From an uncultured Planctomycetia bacterium (lineage in GTDB: Bacteria > Omnitrophota > Gorgyraeia > Taenaricolales > CAZCCH01): 54,105 nucleotides of DNA. Below, one piece after another: positions 25,766-33,788 of this stretch. The notes under the pieces were generated by a model. It was not told the DNA's origin and did not search any database. It saw only the letters and a list, made by a program, of their open reading frames with translations. The stretch is from the NCBI GenBank assembly GCA_964497315.1, contig CAZCCH010000001.1, forward strand, positions 1 through 54,105. Direction: 5' to 3'. The number at the start of each line of letters is the position of its first letter. Position 1 is the first letter of the stretch. The position numbers and the translations under genes were made by a program.

Positions 25766-27841
25766 TCAATCAAAATAATCAACAATCCCTATTGCCTTAT
25801 TCAGATTTGCCAAGGCCGTCTTATAACTTGCTATTGCCTGATGATAGAGAGCCTTTTCATCGGCCAGTTTTATCTTGGATTCTAGAACCTGCGATAGGAG
25901 TGCTTCGTTTAACGCAGCTTCTGCTGATAAAACCTTTGCCTCTTCTTCTCTAAACCTTATCTTCCTGCTGGTGTTTTGCAATTGCATAATCGCTTTTTCG
26001 TAACTATTAAATGCCTCTCTTACTTCTAAATTGATAGTTTTTTCCATTTCTATAAGTTCGTTTTCGGCTTTAAGTTTTCCTATAAAGGCAGATTGTTTCT
26101 CTGAAAGACTAGCTAGGTTATCAAAAATGCCCACTTCAGTCGAATGGGTTATTGAACCGGTCCTTGTCGTCTGGCCAAGCTTTGGACTTGTTTCATTGTC
26201 ATTAAATGTATATGAGCCTGTACTTTTTCCAAAAGGCTTTGTAACCTTAACACCTACATACCAGTCTCTGTTAACATCCAAATCTTCTGTTTTGTATGCA
26301 CCGCCTGACTCACCTAAAAATCCGGATAGATCCACCTTGAATTTATCCTTGCTTCTTGCAATAAGGTCTTCAAAATCACTGGATTCCAAAAGTAATCCCT
26401 GGATATGTATTTCTGACCTATTCTCAAAAGCAAGTTTAAGGCATTCGTTTAACTCTATCTCTTTTGCTTCATATTCTGTATCAAATGCAATCTGTATATC
26501 TGTAGCAGGATCTAATTCCATTGTCTGTAAAAGTGCGATCTTAGTTAAAGCTACTTCTTTATCCGCTATGGCTAACTGATATTCAACTTGATTGACCTGC
26601 GTTTGGACATTTAAAAGCTCCAGCTGTGTGGAAAGCCCGATATCAAACCTTTTCTTGGCTGAAGATAATCCACTGCGCACTTCATCAATGAGTCCCTTTT
26701 GGTCAGAGAGGTTCAAAAAGGCTGCCGCTAATTCATAAAATTTTTCTGTGACTTTTGCAATAATCTCGGTTTCAGCTTTGGTGTATTTCTCAATTGCCAC
26801 TTCGCGATTGACCTCTGCCTGGCGGAGGCTGAGCTTAAGCCTGCCACCATAATATAGAGGCTGTTCAAGCTGTAAACCGTAGGATTTTTCTATAAAGGTT
26901 GTTCCGTATACATCTCCTTCGGTATGCGTATATTTGGCTGTTGCCTGAGGATAAAGACCTCTTTTTGCTTCATCCACCTTCATATCAGAAAGACTTATTT
27001 CCTCCTCGGCAATTACAAGAGGCAAATAGCTATAAGTAGCTATATCAATACAATCTTTGAATGAAAGTGCCCCTTTTTGTGTGGGGGCATCTACCTTTGG
27101 GAGAGATGTCGCTTTAGATACAATCTCTTCTCTAATCTTTTCAAATATTTCGTCTCCTACAGACGGCACCTTTTTGGCTTTTGCTAGTTTTAACTGGACT
27201 GGTTCTATTTCTTGTAATTTTGGTTTAGGTGTTACTGGCTTAGGTTTTGCTGTTAGAACTTGTTTCTTCTCCTGCGTTGGCATTGGCTTTGGTGTGGGGG
27301 GTTGTCTTCTTGGTGTTAATTTCAATGTAGGGACTTGCACAGGTTTTGGTTTTTGTATTAGCTTCTGTCTTGGTCTTGCGAGTTTTACTGATTTTACCTG
27401 ACCTATATCAACTGTAATCCGATTTACTCTCTGGTATTCTTTATATGAAACAGGCTTCTCTAGCTCTATCGTGACCATATCAACCGGATAGAGGCCACCC
27501 TCACCCATTTGTTCTAAAGACTCTGTTATTTTTATCCTGGTAACTAAACCTTCTTGCAGCGGGATAATTTTCTCTTCTAATTCACTATAGGCTTTTTCAA
27601 CAGGGTCTATGGCTATAGTTTTATTATCTTTGCCTAAATAAAAGCTAAAGAACTCAAAATAGCGGTTAGCTGTGATAATAACTCTTGAACCTTGGGTTTG
27701 ATTTTGTATTTGAATATCTGAAATAATTAGGGGTTCTTCAGAATTGGAGGGGTATTGGGATAAACAATGAGAAGGGCATGCTACCTGCAGCAAACCGATA
27801 ACCAAAATCGCTGTTAAAAATAAACCTGCTTTGTATCTCAA
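25766..27841 (-). CDS. TolC-like outer-membrane efflux protein with a ~250-aa N-terminal extension (AMIN-like domain + Pro/Lys linker)
   Basis: The C-terminal ~430 aa show the duplicated OEP/TolC-type helical pattern. TTG start with the SD AAGAGGAG. The N-terminus has a signal-like segment, then SRVIITANRYFEFFSFYL...ITVDIG, then the KPKPVQVPT...KPKPVTPKPK linker. Confidence 0.7.
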   Translation of the reverse strand: MRYKAGLFLTAILVIGLLQVACPSHCLSQYPSNSEEPLIISDIQIQNQTQGSRVIITANRYFEFFSFYLGKDNKTIAIDPVEKAYSELEEKIIPLQEGLVTRIKITESLEQMGEGGLYPVDMVTIELEKPVSYKEYQRVNRITVDIGQVKSVKLARPRQKLIQKPKPVQVPTLKLTPRRQPPTPKPMPTQEKKQVLTAKPKPVTPKPKLQEIEPVQLKLAKAKKVPSVGDEIFEKIREEIVSKATSLPKVDAPTQKGALSFKDCIDIATYSYLPLVIAEEEISLSDMKVDEAKRGLYPQATAKYTHTEGDVYGTTFIEKSYGLQLEQPLYYGGRLKLSLRQAEVNREVAIEKYTKAETEIIAKVTEKFYELAAAFLNLSDQKGLIDEVRSGLSSAKKRFDIGLSTQLELLNVQTQVNQVEYQLAIADKEVALTKIALLQTMELDPATDIQIAFDTEYEAKEIELNECLKLAFENRSEIHIQGLLLESSDFEDLIARSKDKFKVDLSGFLGESGGAYKTEDLDVNRDWYVGVKVTKPFGKSTGSYTFNDNETSPKLGQTTRTGSITHSTEVGIFDNLASLSEKQSAFIGKLKAENELIEMEKTINLEVREAFNSYEKAIMQLQNTSRKIRFREEEAKVLSAEAALNEALLSQVLESKIKLADEKALYHQAIASYKTALANLNKAIGIVDYFD

Positions 27842-27868
27842 CGAGGTCTCCTCTTACAAAACAACCTC

Positions 27869-27909
27869 GGTCCGTGTATGCGAAGCTTGGCTTCGATCGG
27901 GGCACGGCC
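27869..27909 (-). other. GC-rich compound hairpin in the efflux-operon 5' UTR
   Basis: ggtccgtg (27869-27876) pairs with cacggcc (27903-27909) with one bulge. The inner perfect hairpin is cgaagc-ttg-gcttcg (27881-27895). It stands out against the AT-rich surroundings. Confidence 0.55.
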
Positions 27910-27953
27910 ATTTGCTTTTTTTATCCTATTTATGTTAAAAGTTATATTTTAGC

Positions 27954-28045
27954 AACCGTATCAGGCTGCATTAACCGTATCAAATGAAACTGTAGCATAT
28001 TTATAACCCATTGTCAAGAAAAAACTTCAGAATTATGATACGGTT
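27954..28045. repeat. Three copies of AACCGTATCA (one inverted) bracketing the efflux promoter: candidate operator sites
   Basis: aaccgtatca at 27954-27963 and 27973-27982; tgatacggtt at 28036-28045. The 27973-27982 copy lies 7-16 nt downstream of the -10. The 28036-28045 copy lies 19 nt upstream of the -35 and directly abuts the stop codon of the 138-aa ORF. Confidence 0.8.
27989..28017 (-). promoter_or_regulatory. Sigma70-like promoter of the efflux operon
   Basis: Minus strand GTTTTTTC-TTGACA-17 nt-TACAGT, with the -35 at 28012-28017 and the -10 at 27989-27994, about 140 nt upstream of the TTG start at 27841. Confidence 0.6.
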
Positions 28046-28449
28046 TCCGGGGGATTTGTTGGGGGTGGGGTTGGTTGTTGTTGGATAGACTTAATATCAG
28101 GGGCTTCTTTGGTCTTTTCTGCCTCTGCTAGAAGCGCCTTTTTTCTTCTGTAGCGGCGCATATATTCTCTCATATAACCCCTGTGTCTTTCCTTGTATTT
28201 CTGTCTATATTCTTTAAAATACTGGGGGTTATTTTTTCTCCATTTTTGGATTCTTTGCTTATATAGCCTCTTCCAATAGGGGCTTCTGGTTTCGTCCATC
28301 TTGAAATAATGGGGATTGCTAACCCTCCATTGCTTCATATTACCAAGCTGTCTCTGCCTCTGGCAGGCCACATCAGAGCAAAACTTCTGTGAATTAGGCC
28401 TGTATTTAGATGGGGTAAATTCTCTTTGGCAAATTGGGCAAATAGGCAT
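28033..28449 (-). CDS. Small, highly basic zinc-ribbon protein (hypothetical)
   Basis: CPIC...18 aa...CSDVAC (four Cys), then Lys/Arg/Tyr/Trp-rich helices (YWKRLYKQRIQKWRKNNPQYFKEYRQKYKERHRGYMREYMRRYRRKK) and a Pro-rich tail. It has its own promoter. Confidence 0.6.
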   Translation of the reverse strand: MPICPICQREFTPSKYRPNSQKFCSDVACQRQRQLGNMKQWRVSNPHYFKMDETRSPYWKRLYKQRIQKWRKNNPQYFKEYRQKYKERHRGYMREYMRRYRRKKALLAEAEKTKEAPDIKSIQQQPTPPPTNPPETVS

Positions 28450-28502
28450 CTTTTAAATCCCTATATGATAAAAGCTTCAAGACTAACTTTTTGTTACTCT
28501 TA

Positions 28503-28531
28503 ATGATAGCATATGGGCTTTTAATTTGCAA
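28503..28531 (-). promoter_or_regulatory. Sigma70-like promoter of the zinc-ribbon gene
   Basis: Minus strand AATTTTC-TTGCAA-17 nt-TATCAT, with the -35 at 28526-28531 and the -10 at 28503-28508. Confidence 0.5.
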
Positions 28532-28536
28532 GAAAA

Positions 28537-29529
28537 TTATTCTCTTGATAATATCTTTTTTGCTGCCTGAAAAACCTCGTCTGGGTCAATAAGCTTCATG
28601 CATTCGCTATTAGAGGCACAAAGTGCTTTTTCACACGGTAAGCAGTCTAAATCTTTTTTTATAACAACATCTTTAGGACCTGTGGGTTTATACTTCTCAG
28701 AGTCCGTCGGACCGAATATGGCTACAACTGGTGTGCCTACAGCCCAGGCTAAGTGCATAGGTGCGCTGTCATTGGAAATCAATAAGCTAGATCTTTTTAA
28801 TAAAGCTGTGAGTTGTTTTATATTTGTCTTACCGCATAAATCTATTGCGCTTTTCTTTAGCTTTGCTAAGACCGCATTGACTATTTCGCGGTCTTCTTCA
28901 GCCCCGATTAAAATAACCTTTGTGCCTAATTCATCTAAAAGTCTTCCTGAAACATCTGCAAAGCCATCAGCAATCCATCGTTTTGTATGGCTTTTTGCAC
29001 CTGGGCTAATTGATATTATTATATCATTAGTGCTTATATTATGCGCTAAAAGCATATTATCAACTTCTGATATGACGCTATTATTTATATAAATATTAGA
29101 ACCTAATGTATTATCTTCTATATAGGGCACTATTTGCTCAAGGCGCCACAAATGCCGGTCTTTCATATGAATTCTATCTCTAGGAGGCTTTTTTAAAGCT
29201 AAAAATAAACTACCTGGCTTTAAAACAGGTCCGAAAATACTGTTTCGTAAATCAACAACTAAATCATAATTATTTTTCCTTAAAGAAAAAGCCAGGTTTA
29301 ATTTTTCTTTTAAGCTACCTGTATTATAAATAAATACCTTATTTATACGGGGGTCTTCTTGAAAAATCTCCTGTGCTCTTGGGCCTACTAAAATATCCAG
29401 TTGTCCTTCAGGAAACTTTTTACTTATTGCTGAAACCACAGGCAAGGTCAGGATAACATCGCCTATATTGCTTAGGGTTATTAGAAGGATTTTCATATTA
29501 CAGGATGGGTCTTTGATCAATTCAGGCAT
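28537..29529 (-). CDS. Glycosyltransferase family 9 (LPS heptosyltransferase-like)
   Basis: MKILLITLSNIGDVILTLPV...; LISNDSAPMHLAWAVGTPVVAIFGPT; C-terminal Cys-rich tail (CLPCEKALC). Confidence 0.8.
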   Translation of the reverse strand: MPELIKDPSCNMKILLITLSNIGDVILTLPVVSAISKKFPEGQLDILVGPRAQEIFQEDPRINKVFIYNTGSLKEKLNLAFSLRKNNYDLVVDLRNSIFGPVLKPGSLFLALKKPPRDRIHMKDRHLWRLEQIVPYIEDNTLGSNIYINNSVISEVDNMLLAHNISTNDIIISISPGAKSHTKRWIADGFADVSGRLLDELGTKVILIGAEEDREIVNAVLAKLKKSAIDLCGKTNIKQLTALLKRSSLLISNDSAPMHLAWAVGTPVVAIFGPTDSEKYKPTGPKDVVIKKDLDCLPCEKALCASNSECMKLIDPDEVFQAAKKILSRE

Positions 29530-29542
29530 TACCCTTGTATAT

Positions 29543-30580
29543 TTATGGCTTTTTTAAAAAAGGCGTAGCTTGTTTCAAAACTTCTTCTACGCTAATAGCC
29601 TCCATACATTTATACTTATTGCAAGTCATATCATAGCATGGAATTTTACAATTTAGGTGTCTTTCTACAACAACTATATCTTTTCCTCGCATAGATAAGG
29701 GATAGGGGCCTGTTATTTTAGGCGATGTGGGTCCATATAGTCCAATTATTCCAGATTTTTTTACAGCCACTGCTATATGCAAGGGTCCTGAATCATTTGA
29801 AATAACAAGGTTTGATTTTTCAGCCAATGCCCCAAATTGCCCAAGAGAGGTTTTACCGCAACAAATTATAGGTTTATGCAGCATCAAGTTGGCTATTTGT
29901 CCTGCCAATTCTTCATCTTTGGCAGAACCTGTTATTAATATTTTTACCCCAAATTCATCTATTAATCTATCGGCTAGTCTTGCAAAGTTTTCTTTAGGCC
30001 ATCTTTTTGGCATCCAGTTTCCTGCAGGATGCAATATTACTACTGGATCTTGTAGAATTATGCCTGCGCCTTTTAAAAATCCATCTGCCCAAATTTTTTC
30101 ATTATCAGATACAAAAAAATCACAACCTTCGCTGTCTGTTCTAAGGCCATAGCCTCTAGCCAACCTTAAAAAATATTCCGCTCTGTGTACCTCGCCCTGT
30201 GGGTGGTTTATATTTTTGGTAATTAACATAAAGCGCTTCCAGTAAAAGAAACCTATTCTTTTTGGTATACCGGCAAGCTTACAAACTAATGTCCTTGTAA
30301 AAGAGCGATGCAGCAAAAAGGCTATCTTAAACTCTTGCCTCTTAAGAAGCTGCGCAAGTTTTAATTTTCCAGCAATTGATTTATGCTCACCCTTCTCATC
30401 ATAAATAATAAGTTCATCTATATTAGGATTTAATTCAAGTATTTCCTTACATCGAGGTACAACCATGCAGGCAATATGGCTTTCAGGGAAATTTTCCCTT
30501 ATTGCTCTTATAAAGGGGGTTGAAAAAACAACATCCCCAAGCCAATTGACATTTACTATTAATATTTTATCTATTTTCAT
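29543..30580 (-). CDS. Glycosyltransferase family 9 (LPS heptosyltransferase-like)
   Basis: ILIVNVNWLGDVVFSTPFIRAI; VISNDSGPLHIAVAV; GLYGPTSP. Confidence 0.8.
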   Translation of the reverse strand: MKIDKILIVNVNWLGDVVFSTPFIRAIRENFPESHIACMVVPRCKEILELNPNIDELIIYDEKGEHKSIAGKLKLAQLLKRQEFKIAFLLHRSFTRTLVCKLAGIPKRIGFFYWKRFMLITKNINHPQGEVHRAEYFLRLARGYGLRTDSEGCDFFVSDNEKIWADGFLKGAGIILQDPVVILHPAGNWMPKRWPKENFARLADRLIDEFGVKILITGSAKDEELAGQIANLMLHKPIICCGKTSLGQFGALAEKSNLVISNDSGPLHIAVAVKKSGIIGLYGPTSPKITGPYPLSMRGKDIVVVERHLNCKIPCYDMTCNKYKCMEAISVEEVLKQATPFLKKP

Positions 30581-31680
30581 TCAATGCCTGTTGCTTCCTT
30601 GTACACTTCTTCTATTTTTTCTGCCATCTTAGCCAAAGAAAATTTTTCTTCTATCAATTGCTTCGCTGCCTTACCAAGCGCATCTGCAAGTTGTTTATCT
30701 TTTAACAGCTTCATGAGAGCGTCAGCAAGGGCATCTTCATCTTTTGGTGCAACAAGAAGACCTGTCTTTCCATCTTTAATTAAGGAATAAACGCCACCTA
30801 CGTTAGAGCCAATAACAGGTTTTGAGGTTACCATAGCCTCCATTACAGCGAGACCGAGACCCTCTTGCAAAGAAGGTAACACAAATATATCCATTGCAGA
30901 TAATGGTTGTACGGTATCAAGTGTAGAGCCTTCCAAATTAACCTTATCGCCTATACCCAGCTGTAGCGTGAGATTAACCAACTCTCTTTGACAAGGGCCA
31001 TCTCCAACAATTAAAAGTTGGGCATCTGGGATTTCCTCTAAGACCTTCTTCATTGCCATAACAAGAAATTTTTGCCCTTTTACTGGAGATAACCTTGCAA
31101 TGCTGCCTATTATGGGGCCTTCTTTCAAGCCAAGCCTAGCCTTATATGATTTTATTTCTTCTTTTCCTGCGACTCTAGAAAATTGCTTTACATCAACGCC
31201 ATTATAAACAACACGTACTATATTTTTCTTTGCCTTTAAATCATTTACTAAATGTTCTCTTACGGCTTCACTTATTGCAATAGCCCTCTTACCCCAAAAA
31301 CCAAAGAATTTCCTTCCTGCATGCGGCCTGAAAAATCCATGGCATGTAGAAACAAAAGGAACTCCTGTCTTTTTTGAAACAAGATAGGCTATTACCTGTG
31401 TAACCCTTGTTTGGGCATGAATAATATCTGGCCTTTCTTTTTTTATCAACTCTTCTAAATCATTCACTGCCTTAAAAACACGCGGGCTTAGTTCAGATTT
31501 AGTCCTTACATTTAACTGAACATGCTCTATGTTACTTGCCTTTAACCCTTCAACTAAATCCCCTCCACTAGAGGCTATTTTTACAAGATGGCCACGTCGC
31601 TCCAATGCCTTGGCTAAAGATGTGGAATATACACCTATACCTCCAAAATCAAGATGAGTTGTTAAAATTAAAATCTTCAT
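30577..31680 (-). CDS. Glycosyltransferase family 4 (GT-B, group 1)
   Basis: MKILILTTHLDFGGIGVY; PSLQEGLGLAVMEAMVTSKPVIGSNVGG (EX7E motif). Confidence 0.8.
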   Translation of the reverse strand: MKILILTTHLDFGGIGVYSTSLAKALERRGHLVKIASSGGDLVEGLKASNIEHVQLNVRTKSELSPRVFKAVNDLEELIKKERPDIIHAQTRVTQVIAYLVSKKTGVPFVSTCHGFFRPHAGRKFFGFWGKRAIAISEAVREHLVNDLKAKKNIVRVVYNGVDVKQFSRVAGKEEIKSYKARLGLKEGPIIGSIARLSPVKGQKFLVMAMKKVLEEIPDAQLLIVGDGPCQRELVNLTLQLGIGDKVNLEGSTLDTVQPLSAMDIFVLPSLQEGLGLAVMEAMVTSKPVIGSNVGGVYSLIKDGKTGLLVAPKDEDALADALMKLLKDKQLADALGKAAKQLIEEKFSLAKMAEKIEEVYKEATGIE

Positions 31681-33788
31681 ATATTTACCCAGTGTAAAAC
31701 TTTTTCTAATACCTCTTCAACGCTAATCAGGTTCATGCATTTTATGTTCTGGCAATTTGGTCTATAACAAGGGCTGCATCTTAGGTTTTTACGCATTATG
31801 GTGATTCTTTCCTTTGCTGGAGGGGCGTGCCTACTTGGGTCAGTAGGACCAAATAGAATCACTGCTGGTGTTTTGACTGCTGCTGCAATATGCACGGGCG
31901 CACTGTCTGGACTTAATAAAACCTTGCAGCGTTCAAGCAAAGCAGCCAATTGCAAAAGGGTAGTCCTCCCACAGGCATTTATAGGCTTTGACTTGGTTAA
32001 TGATAAAAACTTCTCCACGTATTTACTATTGAGCTTACTTGCTACAATTACTGTCCTTATATGCTTTGCGGCCAATATATCACAAAGTCTTGCAAATTTT
32101 TCCGCAGGCCAGATTTTGGTTTTCCACCTATTACTTGCTAGGGGGTTTATTGCAACCAATTCCTGCGTGGGGTTCAACCAATTTTCTGAAAGAAACTTCT
32201 TTGCAAAGCTTCTGTCTTCTTCCTGCGGCCAAAGCTCTAAATGGTCTGATTTTGGCTTAATTCCCAAAAGGTTTACTACCCGAAAACTATGTTCTACCGG
32301 CGGCAAAGGTGGATACTTGGTGTCTTTAACGCCACAATTCAATAAAAACCCTAGTTTTTTATTTGAATAACCAAATCTGGCAGTGGCCCCACTTAAAAAA
32401 CCTAAAATATGAGACCTATTATTATTCTGAAAATCGATAACAACATCAAAGCTCCTTCTTTGGATATCTTTGGCAAGCTTTAAAAATTTCTTTATTCCTT
32501 TACCGATTAAGGATTTATTATATACTATCAAGTCATCTACATAAGGACAATGCTGTAAGGCTTCGCGGGCCTCTAGGCCTACCAATACGCAAATACGTGC
32601 TGTAGGGAATTGCTCTCTTATCGCACGAAGGCTTGGTATGGACAACACCACATCTCCTACTGCACCTATCTTTATAACCAATATCTTAAACTGTTTAAGG
32701 AGCTCACTATAAGCCTTGATGGTTTTATCAACCATCAAATCAAGCGCGTATCTTTCCTCAACATCAGACCTTGCTTGAGTAGCAAGCTTACATGCTAACT
32801 CTGGATCTTTTAAAACTCGCACAACCGCATCTGTCATGCTATCAGTATCTTCAGGTGCAACTAAAAGGCCATTTTTTTTATCAGTAATTATATCAACTAC
32901 ACCCCCTACCCTTGTAGCAACAACCGGGACACCACTAGCCCATGCCTCAATAATCACACGGCCAAAGGCTTCTTGTACCGTGGTAGCTAAAACTAAAAGA
33001 TCTAACTTTGCTAAAATTTCAGGGACATTCTGGGTGGTTCCAGTAAACTCTACATACCTATTTAAACCTAGCCTTTTAACTAAAAGCTTTAGCTCCTGTT
33101 TGTACTTTTCTTTTCCCTTTGGGACATCTCCGACGATTAACACCTTAAGATTAGGGATAATCCTAACTACCTTGGCTATGGATTTTATAAAATAAGGGTG
33201 TCCTTTTATGGGGGTAATCCTGCTAATCATTCCAATGGTTTTTTCTTTGCTGTTCCTATTAGCGATAAAATCAAACTCATCCAAATTAACCCCTCGTGGA
33301 ATCATGCGAATTCTATCTTGCGGAACACCGAAGTCTTTTACCATATGTTTTGCGATAACATTGCTTGCTGTTATAACGAACTTACCCCAACTCATGGGCC
33401 TACTTAAAATGTGGTTAGAGTAATACCCATGGCAAGTGGTTACAAACACGGGCCTTGGTGGAATACCTAAATTTTGATGAGCACGTCTCGTTGCAAAAAA
33501 ACCTATTATGCCAGGTACTCGGCTTCTTGCATGGACTATCTCAATATCCTCTTCCTTTAATATATTTGCGACTTCTTCAATCATTTTTAGAATAGCAGGG
33601 AGGGATTTTTGATGTACGGGCAATTTGTAATGGGCAACACCGCTTTCCTCAAGTTGATTTACTAAAGGGCCGCCATTTGAGATAACAACTGCTTTATGCC
33701 CTAAGCTAGCTAGGCGTTTTGCTAAATCAACTGTACCTCTTTCAACTCCACCCACTTTTAATTCAGGAACTATCTGAAGGATGTTCAT
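31677..33788 (-). CDS. Bifunctional fusion: GT4 glycosyltransferase (N-terminal) + GT9 heptosyltransferase-like (C-terminal)
   Basis: N-terminal half: LKVGGVERGTVDL, QEAFGRVIIEAWASGVPVVATRVGG. C-terminal half: ILVIKIGAVGDVVLSIPSLRAI, LLSPDSAPVHIAAAVKTPAVILFGPTDP, CSPCYRPNC. Confidence 0.8.
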   Translation of the reverse strand: MNILQIVPELKVGGVERGTVDLAKRLASLGHKAVVISNGGPLVNQLEESGVAHYKLPVHQKSLPAILKMIEEVANILKEEDIEIVHARSRVPGIIGFFATRRAHQNLGIPPRPVFVTTCHGYYSNHILSRPMSWGKFVITASNVIAKHMVKDFGVPQDRIRMIPRGVNLDEFDFIANRNSKEKTIGMISRITPIKGHPYFIKSIAKVVRIIPNLKVLIVGDVPKGKEKYKQELKLLVKRLGLNRYVEFTGTTQNVPEILAKLDLLVLATTVQEAFGRVIIEAWASGVPVVATRVGGVVDIITDKKNGLLVAPEDTDSMTDAVVRVLKDPELACKLATQARSDVEERYALDLMVDKTIKAYSELLKQFKILVIKIGAVGDVVLSIPSLRAIREQFPTARICVLVGLEAREALQHCPYVDDLIVYNKSLIGKGIKKFLKLAKDIQRRSFDVVIDFQNNNRSHILGFLSGATARFGYSNKKLGFLLNCGVKDTKYPPLPPVEHSFRVVNLLGIKPKSDHLELWPQEEDRSFAKKFLSENWLNPTQELVAINPLASNRWKTKIWPAEKFARLCDILAAKHIRTVIVASKLNSKYVEKFLSLTKSKPINACGRTTLLQLAALLERCKVLLSPDSAPVHIAAAVKTPAVILFGPTDPSRHAPPAKERITIMRKNLRCSPCYRPNCQNIKCMNLISVEEVLEKVLHWVNI

